Shown here one piece after another: positions 20,624 through 29,942 of a stretch of DNA of 64,000 bases. The position numbers were made by a program, and so were the translations under genes. Each line of letters opens with the position of its first letter. The first letter of the stretch is position 1. Under the pieces are notes generated by a model. That model was not told where the DNA came from and searched no databases. It saw only the letters and a program-made list of their open reading frames with translations. The stretch covers positions 1 to 64,000 of the IMG/VR virus record IMGVR_UViG_3300025097_002022; one strand, given 5' to 3'. The DNA is from a virus.

Positions 20624-23250
20624 TGTTTATGGCAAATAGTTGCGAACTATTCGGCGGCATCGTACCAGATGTTTTTGTTGATAGAGTATTTTTGGAATCA
20701 AGTTCAAAAGTCACTGTGAATCTGAAGCTGATTGATGTTCTTAAGTCCAATCAGTCTTTTTCTCTTCTCTCCGATGCTTTGGAAATAAAAACTAATTCTG
20801 AAACCATAAATCTTAGAAAGTATTTTAAGATTTGGTGCATTGCAATATATGATCAGGATACAGCAAAAGGATTTGAAATGTTCGGCGCGGCTTTCGAGAA
20901 CTCTCAATATATTTCAAAAACACTGGAAGATTTTACATCTCCCTATATCAATGCTGATGGAAACGTCGAGTTAATACATTCTTTCGAATTCGGAATAGAC
21001 AATCTTGAGCACTTAACCGTGTTCGCATACGTTCAACTTGATACAGAGACTTTACAGCGCGATTTCGATTTAGATCTTCCGGAATCCCTGTTGGGAATGC
21101 ATGGCACAATAAGTCAATCATTAATAATTCAAGATTCTCAAGCCATTTCGCCTATTGTCCAAGATTTTAGAATCAGAGAAGAAATTACGGCGCTTGTAGC
21201 AGAGTTGGACGAACTAAGAGCAGAGCAGAGCACTTTCCCAGAACAGAGGGATATACTAAATCAATCATTTTCGAACAACTCCTATTTCTCAGAGTTCTTT
21301 GTAACAAAAGATAAGGATAGGAAATCTCGTTTTTATTTTGCCTTTGATTACGGAAAGTATGTTTTAGAAAAATCGAAATACTCCGCACTAATTGTAAACA
21401 TGAGCGAGACTGCAAGAAAAGAAATAACAAATGAATCCGAAATACTTCAATTCATTGTCAGCAGAAAACAAGTATCAGGGAAACCAGCCAGAAACAGCCT
21501 TGGTTCTCCAGTGAGAAATTCCACATTATCTAATGAGACAGCAGAGGTTCCAGTTATCTTATCACTTGACGATAGCAGGCTTAATGAAATAAGCTTAATA
21601 CTATCAGATCAGCCAAGCACTTCTGATTCCTTTATAAGACACTTCACGGGATTAGATACTGGAATGGAAGTTCTTACCGATGGATATTACCAGTATTCAG
21701 TGAACATCGAAGTGATGGATGGATATGTTCCAGTTGTTAGGCGTGTGTTGAGTTCCTTAGCCACTGCAGTGGCAGATTATGAGAAATACGTCGCACTAAC
21801 ACAAATTCCCGGAGTTTACGATGAGAAGGTTAGGAAGTTTACAATAGATGGACAGACAGTGATGAAAGGCTTGCGCCCTATAGAGTTCGGACAGGGTCAG
21901 GAGGAACAGCATCCTATAGATCTTGAGTCAATAGTTGACATATATATGAAATCACTTGGTTACTTTGTTGATGTTGACAATACTCCAACTACAAAATACG
22001 GCGGTATTACACAAAAACAATTCTATAAACTTAAAATACTAAATCTCATATCTCCGACAACTGGCTCCATTGATGGAGTTCTTCTCTTCAGTAACTTATT
22101 GAATCAGCTTTTGGGACAAATCAGTGATGTATTAAGTGTTGGAAGTAATTCTGTCGGAGTAGAAGCGACAAGATCGAATAGAGCAGCAGATAGTATATCA
22201 TCATTTAAGCTAAACACTTCTCAGACGAGAGAAGTATTTGATAATACAATTGGTGCAAGATTTATCAATGAGATATATATTGATAAAATTACTCCAGGTT
22301 TTGGACAAAAGTTTGATGGATTGTCAATATATACGACAACAGACTTGTCAAATGCAATAGTTACTGAGGTTTCTCCCTTCAATTCTATTAGAGAGGGCAG
22401 TGAAGAATCTATGGAATCGAAAGGAATTGTTTTTAAGTTGGCACAGGATATTCCAGCTTTGTCCGGTGAGAGGCTTAAGGACTCTTCAAACTATCTTGGA
22501 AGTAATAGCCCCGGTGCAGAGAGTAATCTAAACACTACTGTTCTCAGCGCAGCAGATCAGGCGGATTTAAATATAAATGATTTCCAATCAGTCCCTCCAG
22601 AAATTATAGCATCCTTTTCAGCCAGGCAAAAACCAACAAAGGACCAGCTAAAAACAGAAGTCGATGTCTTGGTTGGATTTATAGTTCCGGAGGTTGTTAC
22701 TTCTGCGGAACGAGGAACAAACTTGTTTAACAAGCTTATGATTCGCGAACCAAAATTTGAAACAAAGCAGTTGGGAGAATTAACAACATCGTTTTCTACA
22801 GGGAGAGATACGTTCTATCTTTGCCGCCAGGATAGACAAGGAGACAAGGAGGTTATCAATAGCTTCTTTTTCATCCGTCCTTCTGCAACATTTGAACAGA
22901 ATATCACGGTAGAGGCAGCACCAACAGTTACCAATCTGAGCACAGGATTCCAGGGCAATATCACGGTAGAGGCAGCACCAACAGTTACCAATCTGAGCAC
23001 AGGATTCCAGGGCAATATCACGCAGGCAGGAATAGGAGCACAAGTAGGCACAACGCTGCAGGACAATATTCCAAGAATAGAAACAAAAGCAAGAACAACG
23101 CTGCAGGACAATATTCCGACAGAGGTTATATTGAAGTCCACAACAGGTGCAGAAGCGCAGTTGGGTAATATTTCTAGAATAGATATCACTGTCCCTAAAG
23201 ATACTACGGGACTAAGAGAAAAGCTTGCAAAGAACAGGGGAAGTAAATAA
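20623..23250 (+). CDS. Hypothetical virion-region protein (~875 aa) with repetitive C-terminal tail
   Basis: Long ORF. The ATG at 20623 overlaps the upstream TAA (alternative ATG at 20629) and is preferred over the TTG at 20611. Confidence 0.6.
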   Translation: MFMANSCELFGGIVPDVFVDRVFLESSSKVTVNLKLIDVLKSNQSFSLLSDALEIKTNSETINLRKYFKIWCIAIYDQDTAKGFEMFGAAFENSQYISKTLEDFTSPYINADGNVELIHSFEFGIDNLEHLTVFAYVQLDTETLQRDFDLDLPESLLGMHGTISQSLIIQDSQAISPIVQDFRIREEITALVAELDELRAEQSTFPEQRDILNQSFSNNSYFSEFFVTKDKDRKSRFYFAFDYGKYVLEKSKYSALIVNMSETARKEITNESEILQFIVSRKQVSGKPARNSLGSPVRNSTLSNETAEVPVILSLDDSRLNEISLILSDQPSTSDSFIRHFTGLDTGMEVLTDGYYQYSVNIEVMDGYVPVVRRVLSSLATAVADYEKYVALTQIPGVYDEKVRKFTIDGQTVMKGLRPIEFGQGQEEQHPIDLESIVDIYMKSLGYFVDVDNTPTTKYGGITQKQFYKLKILNLISPTTGSIDGVLLFSNLLNQLLGQISDVLSVGSNSVGVEATRSNRAADSISSFKLNTSQTREVFDNTIGARFINEIYIDKITPGFGQKFDGLSIYTTTDLSNAIVTEVSPFNSIREGSEESMESKGIVFKLAQDIPALSGERLKDSSNYLGSNSPGAESNLNTTVLSAADQADLNINDFQSVPPEIIASFSARQKPTKDQLKTEVDVLVGFIVPEVVTSAERGTNLFNKLMIREPKFETKQLGELTTSFSTGRDTFYLCRQDRQGDKEVINSFFFIRPSATFEQNITVEAAPTVTNLSTGFQGNITVEAAPTVTNLSTGFQGNITQAGIGAQVGTTLQDNIPRIETKARTTLQDNIPTEVILKSTTGAEAQLGNISRIDITVPKDTTGLREKLAKNRGSK
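22900..23022 (+). repeat. Perfect 57-bp tandem repeat (2 copies + 9 bp) encoding NITVEAAPTVTNLSTGFQG
   Basis: 22900-22956 is identical to 22957-23013, followed by a partial third copy AATATCACG. Confidence 0.95.
23050..23117 (+). repeat. 23-bp direct repeat ACAACGCTGCAGGACAATATTCC at 45-bp spacing (TTLQDNIP x2)
   Basis: Copies at 23050-23072 and 23095-23117. Confidence 0.9.
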
Positions 23251-23251
23251 A

Positions 23252-26068
23252 ATGCCTATTAAGAAATGTAATGATGTTTCCGAGGAACCTCCGGTCACCG
23301 ACCCCGACACTGAACCCGGAAGCGATTCAGCGGTAGAACAGAATGAGGCGTCAAAAGTTAAGGAACTGTCCTATATCGGCAAGACATTAAAGATGGCAGA
23401 AAATGAAGTCTATGAGACTACCACAGCTAACTCATTCCTAAAATCACTGCTACCAGTAACAACATTTGGAAATGGATATGTAAAGTCCACTAGACCTTCC
23501 GACATATCAGATCCTCTCAGAGCAGAGGCAAGAAAATTCTTCTCCTTAAATAAAGATGGGCAATTGGTTTATGTCAATTCCGATCTAAATGAGCTTGGCG
23601 CAAATGCAGACACTATCGCATCTTATGGAACATCCATTATTAGTATCGACACCGACACCGCTCATCCAACTGAGGTAGCTGGCGATGTTTTTAAGAAATA
23701 CAAGCAAGAAATAATAGCATCCAGTAAGTTAATTCGCGATTCTGGAGAGTCCAGCGCTTGGCTTGTCATAACCGAAGGCATGACGCTCACCGTCAACGGT
23801 GCAAGTTTTAGCAGGACATCTCCACTGATTGATGTAGAATCAACTTTCACAGATCATCACACAGATATTACGATACCCTTTTCTAAAAAGGAATTGGAGA
23901 GATTTGCAAATAATGTTAATAATCCATCTTATGCGAATGTCGAATCGAAGTATAATTTCTTTTCACCGGGATATGAGGACTATATTAGTTCCGGAGACAT
24001 AAAAGAATATCAATTGCAGAATCAATTTTCCAACATCACAAGAGAAGCATCTTATATTCAAAAAGGACTCTTCAGTCAAGGAACTGACTTGACTTATGTG
24101 AAAGGAGTCCAGGCACTTCACGAATCTTCCTCTCCACCTTTTGATATTACTGAAAAATACCAAAACATTGGAATCCCATCATCACAAGTTGTAGAATTGA
24201 ACAAGGTTTTAGATACCGACGACTTGTATCCAATGATAAATTCAATTGAAATGAATACAGACAGGGCTGGAAAACTATTATCATCAGCGGATAAATCAGG
24301 ACTAACAGACAGCTTGCTCCAGCATGTAATGGATCAGACGATAATTTACCCTGACCAAAGAGTTTCGGCAGCCTCAAATAACGGCTTGGACTTTGTGATA
24401 TCAGAAGAACAAATAGTCTTCACTGACGAACAAGTTTCCGTCGAGACAAAACAGAAGACACAAATCATTCCACTCATTGATTTGGAAGAATGGATCATTT
24501 CTTATTTTTCCAAAGCTGGTGCGCTCTCTCTTGATAGTGGATTTAGCGACATATCCATACTTCTTGGAGTTGATCCGAATTCAGTTGAGGAATCCGATGA
24601 CTGTAGCCGTTTCACAAATACATTGAAGGCACTAATCTTGTCAGGAAAGATAAATCAGATTGTCGATGATAATTTCAGAACATTCGAAGAGATGCTGGAG
24701 GGGAAAGAAGCATATAACGAAACTGTCATCTACGAAATCAAAAAGACATCAACAGATTTAAGCTCCACACAGAGAGTGTTCATTCCAAATACAGAGAACT
24801 TGGATGTGTTAAAGTATGTCGATACACAGGTTAAGTATAACAAAGGCTATACATATGAAGTGTTTGTACATCAATTAATAGTCGGAACGAAATATTCATA
24901 CTCTACTGAAGGATTTTCTTCCGATTCCGAAAATGCCACAATGGACTTCGCTGTCAACTACGAGCCTTCTCTCAAGATCGCCCGCATTCCAATCTATTCT
25001 CAGAAGACTTTAATATTGGACTCCGCCCCCGTGTTTCCAAATGTCAACATTATTCCATACAAAGGAATTTCAGATCGCATTTTGATAAACATAAATTCAA
25101 ATGTCGGAGATTACGAATTGAATCCAATTATCATAGATGATAGCGATGAACAGTTTGCAAAGAGCTATAGAGAATCGAGAAATATCGAACCATCTGATCC
25201 TATTAGATTTAAATCAGATGATCCCGTAAGCCGATTCGAGATATACAAGATGACTGTTCCTCCAATGTCCTATCAGGATTTCAGTGGCAAGTTGCTGGCA
25301 ATAGTATCTACCAATGGCGCAACCTCTACCTCGTTTGTTGATGATGTCGAGCCAAATACCAAGTATTATTATACATTTAGATCTATTGATATTCATGGAA
25401 ATCGCTCAAATCCAACCGATGTATACGTCGCTGAACTGGTTAAATTTGAAGGAATGATATTTTTCAACACGAGAGTTTACAATTTTGAAGACATCTCATA
25501 TGACAATGTCAAAGTATCCCGAGACTTCAGAAGATATTTAAAAATCAATCCAAACTTAGTACAATCTCTAATCAACTATGATCAGAGTCTCCCAGAAACC
25601 GCAACTTCTGCCTTTGATGCAACAAGCGTTTCTCTTGGCGCAGCGGGAGAGTCAGTGTGGAATAAGCGATTCAAGATGAGAGTTACTTCTAAGAACTCCG
25701 GAAAGAAGTTCGATATCAACTTTACCTGCAAGGCAGAATATAATCGCCCATCAGATAATCCAGTAAGTCCACCCACCCGCGTTGTGTCGATTCCCAAAGT
25801 ACTCACTGCCGACAACGTCAATAACGACTGGAGAAATGATAGTGGAGACAACGGCAAAACCGCCAGCGCTATCACCAAATCAACCGGAGAGGGGTTCAGT
25901 CTGAACGGAGCCAGCGGAAAGTCGCAGTCTGAAGACACTAAGTTCTCGGGCACATCAGCATCATCAGGAGCAAGTGCGGCAAAGGGAGATATTAGTGGCG
26001 ACAAGTCTTCGGACACATCGACATCATCAGGGGCAGGCGCAGCACGAGGACACTTCACCGCCAAATAA
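23252..26068 (+). CDS. Virion-region protein with FN3-like segments and a Ser/Gly/Thr/Ala-rich C-terminal tail
   Basis: YVDTQVKYNKGYTYEV and FVDDVEPNTKYYYTFRSID..GN.S resemble FN3 strands; ATG at 23252 lies just after the upstream stop. Confidence 0.55.
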   Translation: MPIKKCNDVSEEPPVTDPDTEPGSDSAVEQNEASKVKELSYIGKTLKMAENEVYETTTANSFLKSLLPVTTFGNGYVKSTRPSDISDPLRAEARKFFSLNKDGQLVYVNSDLNELGANADTIASYGTSIISIDTDTAHPTEVAGDVFKKYKQEIIASSKLIRDSGESSAWLVITEGMTLTVNGASFSRTSPLIDVESTFTDHHTDITIPFSKKELERFANNVNNPSYANVESKYNFFSPGYEDYISSGDIKEYQLQNQFSNITREASYIQKGLFSQGTDLTYVKGVQALHESSSPPFDITEKYQNIGIPSSQVVELNKVLDTDDLYPMINSIEMNTDRAGKLLSSADKSGLTDSLLQHVMDQTIIYPDQRVSAASNNGLDFVISEEQIVFTDEQVSVETKQKTQIIPLIDLEEWIISYFSKAGALSLDSGFSDISILLGVDPNSVEESDDCSRFTNTLKALILSGKINQIVDDNFRTFEEMLEGKEAYNETVIYEIKKTSTDLSSTQRVFIPNTENLDVLKYVDTQVKYNKGYTYEVFVHQLIVGTKYSYSTEGFSSDSENATMDFAVNYEPSLKIARIPIYSQKTLILDSAPVFPNVNIIPYKGISDRILININSNVGDYELNPIIIDDSDEQFAKSYRESRNIEPSDPIRFKSDDPVSRFEIYKMTVPPMSYQDFSGKLLAIVSTNGATSTSFVDDVEPNTKYYYTFRSIDIHGNRSNPTDVYVAELVKFEGMIFFNTRVYNFEDISYDNVKVSRDFRRYLKINPNLVQSLINYDQSLPETATSAFDATSVSLGAAGESVWNKRFKMRVTSKNSGKKFDINFTCKAEYNRPSDNPVSPPTRVVSIPKVLTADNVNNDWRNDSGDNGKTASAITKSTGEGFSLNGASGKSQSEDTKFSGTSASSGASAAKGDISGDKSSDTSTSSGAGAARGHFTAK

Positions 26069-26092
26069 TTTGGTGTTTTATTGTTTCTGATA

Positions 26093-26100
26093 ACTATTTA
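26093..26100 (+). promoter_or_regulatory. Putative late promoter ACTATTTA
   Basis: Intergenic, followed by GGAG SD and the ATG at 26123. Confidence 0.7.
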
Positions 26101-26122
26101 CAACAACATGGAGAATATATAA

Positions 26123-27034
26123 ATGGCATTTCTTGATAACTCAGGCGATATTATCCTTGACGCAGTCTTGACAGATACTGGAAGACTCCGTCTTGCCAAG
26201 GGCGACGGCTCTTTTAATATCGTGAAATTCGCTTTTGGAGACGACGAAGTAAACTACGAACTCTACAACAAGAATCATGCAAGTGGTTCCGCATATTACG
26301 ATATCGAGATTCTACAGACGCCAGTTCTCGAAGCGTTTACGAACAACACTTCAACATTAAAGTCAAAGCTGCTTTCTATCTCAAGAACCAACTTGCTTTA
26401 TTTACCCGAGATCAGAAACAACTCCACAGACGGCATCGCCCCCAACACTACAAATAACATAGTAACAGTTGCAGTAGATGCAACAACCGTAGATACCTTA
26501 AACGGTTCAGAAAATTCACTCCCCGCTGGAATCATAGATGGTTCAGTTCTCGATTCAAATGCGACTGATAATCGTAGACTCCTATTCGATCAAGGAATCG
26601 TAAGTAACGCACTCGGCGCAACCGGAAAGGTTGATCTCGATTCAGATCTCGTAGAAACTCAATATATTATAGAGTTAGATAATCGATTGGGATTTCTTGC
26701 AAACCCCGATGGAACGCAGGCGACACCATCCTTCATTGATGATGACAACATCGCCTCCTATTATTTGTCTCTAACTACAAACTCGGACTTCTTTGGAAGT
26801 TCCAAGCTTGGAGAAAACGGAAGTCCGGTAATCAAAGGACCAGCAGGATATCGACTAAGCTTTTTAGTGGGACCATCCACCGATCTGCAATCAAGCACCT
26901 TCCTATTCACTCAACTTGGAGGAACAAGCACTCTCGTTGCTGCTGTCTATCATATCGATACAACTGTTCGAATCACAGGCGCGACAACTGGATATAGAGT
27001 CGATTTACCAATTAGATTTGTGAAGAAGCAATAA
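26123..27034 (+). CDS. Baseplate-region structural protein
   Basis: MAFLDNSGDIILDAVLTDTGR...FAFGDDEVNY N-terminus; late motif upstream; paralog at 19550. Confidence 0.65.
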   Translation: MAFLDNSGDIILDAVLTDTGRLRLAKGDGSFNIVKFAFGDDEVNYELYNKNHASGSAYYDIEILQTPVLEAFTNNTSTLKSKLLSISRTNLLYLPEIRNNSTDGIAPNTTNNIVTVAVDATTVDTLNGSENSLPAGIIDGSVLDSNATDNRRLLFDQGIVSNALGATGKVDLDSDLVETQYIIELDNRLGFLANPDGTQATPSFIDDDNIASYYLSLTTNSDFFGSSKLGENGSPVIKGPAGYRLSFLVGPSTDLQSSTFLFTQLGGTSTLVAAVYHIDTTVRITGATTGYRVDLPIRFVKKQ

Positions 27035-27044
27035 GGATATAAAC

Positions 27045-28118
27045 ATGGCTACAACTTTTAAGACACTTACTGCAAATGACATTGCTAATACGAGAACTCT
27101 TCTTCATGAAGCCATTCCCCTAACGGGCACAATCGCTTCTGGAACATACACTGAAAACTACGTGGCGACAAATGTCAAAACATATTCTCACGGAATGTTC
27201 GAGTCAACTTACGATTATCCATATCTGAGTTCCTCTGCAAACCATATCTTCGATCTCTCTATGGGCTATTCCACAGGATCCGCCCTCTCTTCCAGTGCAG
27301 GAACGGGCGTCCAGCAGTCCAAGAAAGTGAACATCTACAATCAGATGGCTCAGGTTCTTGTTGGACATAACGCTGAAGGCGCAATTCAAAGATTTGATCA
27401 AGATGGAAACCTTGCAGCAGGCGGAGAGAAGCTTGATGAAGTTATCTTTGTCAACTTTGCGAGACTCCTGACAAAGGACGAGATTAAAAAGGGAACCTTC
27501 TCCATTGCTTTCGCAACCGGAGGAACTCCTGACGCCCCAGATGACTTGTTGACAATCGGCGATCACGGCGCAGCAACCAGCTATCTTGTAAACTCCCCAG
27601 CCGGAGAGTATGGCATTCTCTATACTTCATCTGCTACTCCAAGGAGCCAGTCCGGTGTCGGCTTAGTATATTACCAAGCTGGTGTCGCTGTCTTAAGCAG
27701 TTCTGTTTTCGGCGCGAATTCGATGGATGGATGCACGTCGTCATGGACGGATCTTGGACCAGGATTCAGTTCCGGCTCATTCGACTTTCTCGCAACTGGC
27801 TCAAACATCGATGTTATGTGTGATTCTTTCCGAAACAGACTAAGTAATATCTCTTTCAATAACACTATCGAGTTAAATTCCACCATCTACTTCTGTAGAG
27901 CGAATCATAACGAATTCAATTATAGTGCAAATCCAACCTATCTCTCTTCAAGTCAGATTAGGGTGAAGAACACGACTTCAGACAACCCAATATCATACAT
28001 CACTACAGTTGGATTGTACTCCTCGGACAACGAACTTCTTGCAGTAGCCAAACTATCGGAACCATTGAAGAAAGATCCGAACACAGAGCTTACCTTAAGA
28101 GTCCGACTCGACTATTAA
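27045..28118 (+). CDS. Baseplate/fibre-attachment structural protein
   Basis: C-terminus YITTVGLYSSDNELLAVAKLSEPLKK resembles the tail-collar/fibre-attachment motif; paralog at 28755. Confidence 0.6.
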   Translation: MATTFKTLTANDIANTRTLLHEAIPLTGTIASGTYTENYVATNVKTYSHGMFESTYDYPYLSSSANHIFDLSMGYSTGSALSSSAGTGVQQSKKVNIYNQMAQVLVGHNAEGAIQRFDQDGNLAAGGEKLDEVIFVNFARLLTKDEIKKGTFSIAFATGGTPDAPDDLLTIGDHGAATSYLVNSPAGEYGILYTSSATPRSQSGVGLVYYQAGVAVLSSSVFGANSMDGCTSSWTDLGPGFSSGSFDFLATGSNIDVMCDSFRNRLSNISFNNTIELNSTIYFCRANHNEFNYSANPTYLSSSQIRVKNTTSDNPISYITTVGLYSSDNELLAVAKLSEPLKKDPNTELTLRVRLDY

Positions 28119-28139
28119 TTCACAATACCGTCAAGTATC

Positions 28140-28736
28140 GTGAAGGAATACAGCAATCTCTTTTTAAAACTCAAGTATTTGTATGCTAAAATAGACTATC
28201 AACAAGAAGTCTATGAGCAGGCAAAAATAGGGTTTGAAGAGTTTGCGACAAAGTTCTGCGAAGATAACGGTATTGAAATTAAGCAGCCCTCGTCTTTTTC
28301 GGAGGACACATCAGTTGAAATCCGAGGAGATGATGAAATATCCGACATCGACATCGAGAAGCAAAGCACTCACATTAAGCTCCTCTTTCGAAAGATTGCC
28401 ATCAAAGCACATCCAGACAAGCTTGTCAAGTTTGGTGAAGAAGAGCGAGACAGAAAAACAAAGCTTTTTCTTGAAGCGCGAGAGGCAGCCGAATCTGGAC
28501 AGTGGTTCACCCTTGTGGACATCGCCCAAAGTCTGGGCATCACTCCTCCAAAGCCAGACACCGAGCAGCTTGAATTACTTCAAGGAGAGTCTGAAAATAT
28601 TGACAAGAGAATCCAGGACATTGAGTCAACCTATGCATGGATCCTCCACAATGCCCAGAGCGAGGAGCAAAGAAAGCTGATAATGATTGCTTATCTCAAG
28701 AATTTTGATATTGATTTGGCAAAAGATGACAACTGA
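28140..28736 (+). CDS. J-domain (DnaJ-like) co-chaperone protein
   Basis: IKLLFRKIAIKAHPDKL..E....K.F.EAREA matches J-domain helix II-HPD-helix III; GTG start. Confidence 0.75.
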   Translation: MKEYSNLFLKLKYLYAKIDYQQEVYEQAKIGFEEFATKFCEDNGIEIKQPSSFSEDTSVEIRGDDEISDIDIEKQSTHIKLLFRKIAIKAHPDKLVKFGEEERDRKTKLFLEAREAAESGQWFTLVDIAQSLGITPPKPDTEQLELLQGESENIDKRIQDIESTYAWILHNAQSEEQRKLIMIAYLKNFDIDLAKDDN

Positions 28737-28754
28737 CAGCTACTTATAAGAGAA

Positions 28755-29942
28755 ATGGCATATAAGAAATTCAAAAGTAACGACATATTTCATAACACCA
28801 TCGAAATGAATCCGGGTTATGATTTTGTCATTTATGACAGCAGTATCTACCTCAATAACAAAGGTGCGATATCTGGCGCTCATGTTTCGAATGTTGGCGA
28901 TGTTCCAACAGGACATGTTAGCCTCTACGAATTGAATATAGACAGAGCATCCGGCAATAAGATATACCCATTCACCACCAAGAATGGATCTCTCAGTACA
29001 TTTAAGACAATCACAACATCAAAGTTTAACTCAGACTATCTCTACGGCGCCACCATCACAGGTTCTTACCCGATGTCTGCCAGTATCGTCCGCGAGTTCT
29101 TCGCATCCACGGTAATTTCCAGAACAGGAAGCGCCAATCACCTTAACTCATTGCGCAACACTCTTAACTACTATCAACCACTCAGTAATCACTATGCCTT
29201 CAGTGGCTCTCTGGGCGACAAGGGCACGCAGGATGTAAATCTTGTGAGCATTCCCTCAATCATTTTCGGAGCCTCGGTTAAAAAGGGCTCTGTGGACTTG
29301 AAATTCTATGTTTCCGGTACTCTGATCGGGCAACTTAAGGACGAGAACCGCGATGGAGAGCTAATCCAAGTTGGTCCAGCAGGCTCCACTGACTCTGGCT
29401 CCGTCGCAGGCGTCGTGCTCTATAACGAAGGATTCGTTCTTCTGACAGGATCTTGGGACATGGCAACCGGACCATACGCTGGCTTCGCAGGCGAATCATA
29501 CACCGGAGCGCCAACTCTCAAGCCAAAATGGATTTACTTTGGAGCAGGAGCAAACGACGGCATCGCTCCAGCAAGCGTTGTGTCATCCAGCTTTGGACTC
29601 AATTTCAAGGGAACGACAAAGAGTCAGACGATAACAATGCTTGCTCACGCTCAAAAGGGTGAGTTCAATCATTCGAATAACCCGACATATAAGACATTTA
29701 ATCAGAACATAACTCCCCAAACAGGTTCCCAAAGTTATGTCGAGAGTCCAAACTTGTCGATAAAGAACATTGCATCCTCGTCCTATCCAGATCCAGTTGC
29801 TCCTTTCGAGAAGACAACGTATATCTCCTCCGTCGCTATTTATGATGAAAATAGAAATCTAATTGGCATTGCAAAGGTGGCAACACCCATTCGCAAGACA
29901 GAGGGAAGAGAGTTCACCATTAAGATGAAGCTGGATATATAA
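28755..29942 (+). CDS. Baseplate/fibre-attachment structural protein, paralog of 27045..28118
   Basis: Shares G.V.Y..G..L, EFN.S.NPTY and YI..V..Y.....L...AK...P..K....T....LD with 27045. Confidence 0.6.
   Translation: MAYKKFKSNDIFHNTIEMNPGYDFVIYDSSIYLNNKGAISGAHVSNVGDVPTGHVSLYELNIDRASGNKIYPFTTKNGSLSTFKTITTSKFNSDYLYGATITGSYPMSASIVREFFASTVISRTGSANHLNSLRNTLNYYQPLSNHYAFSGSLGDKGTQDVNLVSIPSIIFGASVKKGSVDLKFYVSGTLIGQLKDENRDGELIQVGPAGSTDSGSVAGVVLYNEGFVLLTGSWDMATGPYAGFAGESYTGAPTLKPKWIYFGAGANDGIAPASVVSSSFGLNFKGTTKSQTITMLAHAQKGEFNHSNNPTYKTFNQNITPQTGSQSYVESPNLSIKNIASSSYPDPVAPFEKTTYISSVAIYDENRNLIGIAKVATPIRKTEGREFTIKMKLDI

Noticed and set aside
22900-23117. Repeats as a CRISPR array or DGR template/variable repeat
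   Set aside because: They are in-frame coding duplications with no spacer series or adenine-specific mismatches, and no cas or reverse transcriptase gene is present.
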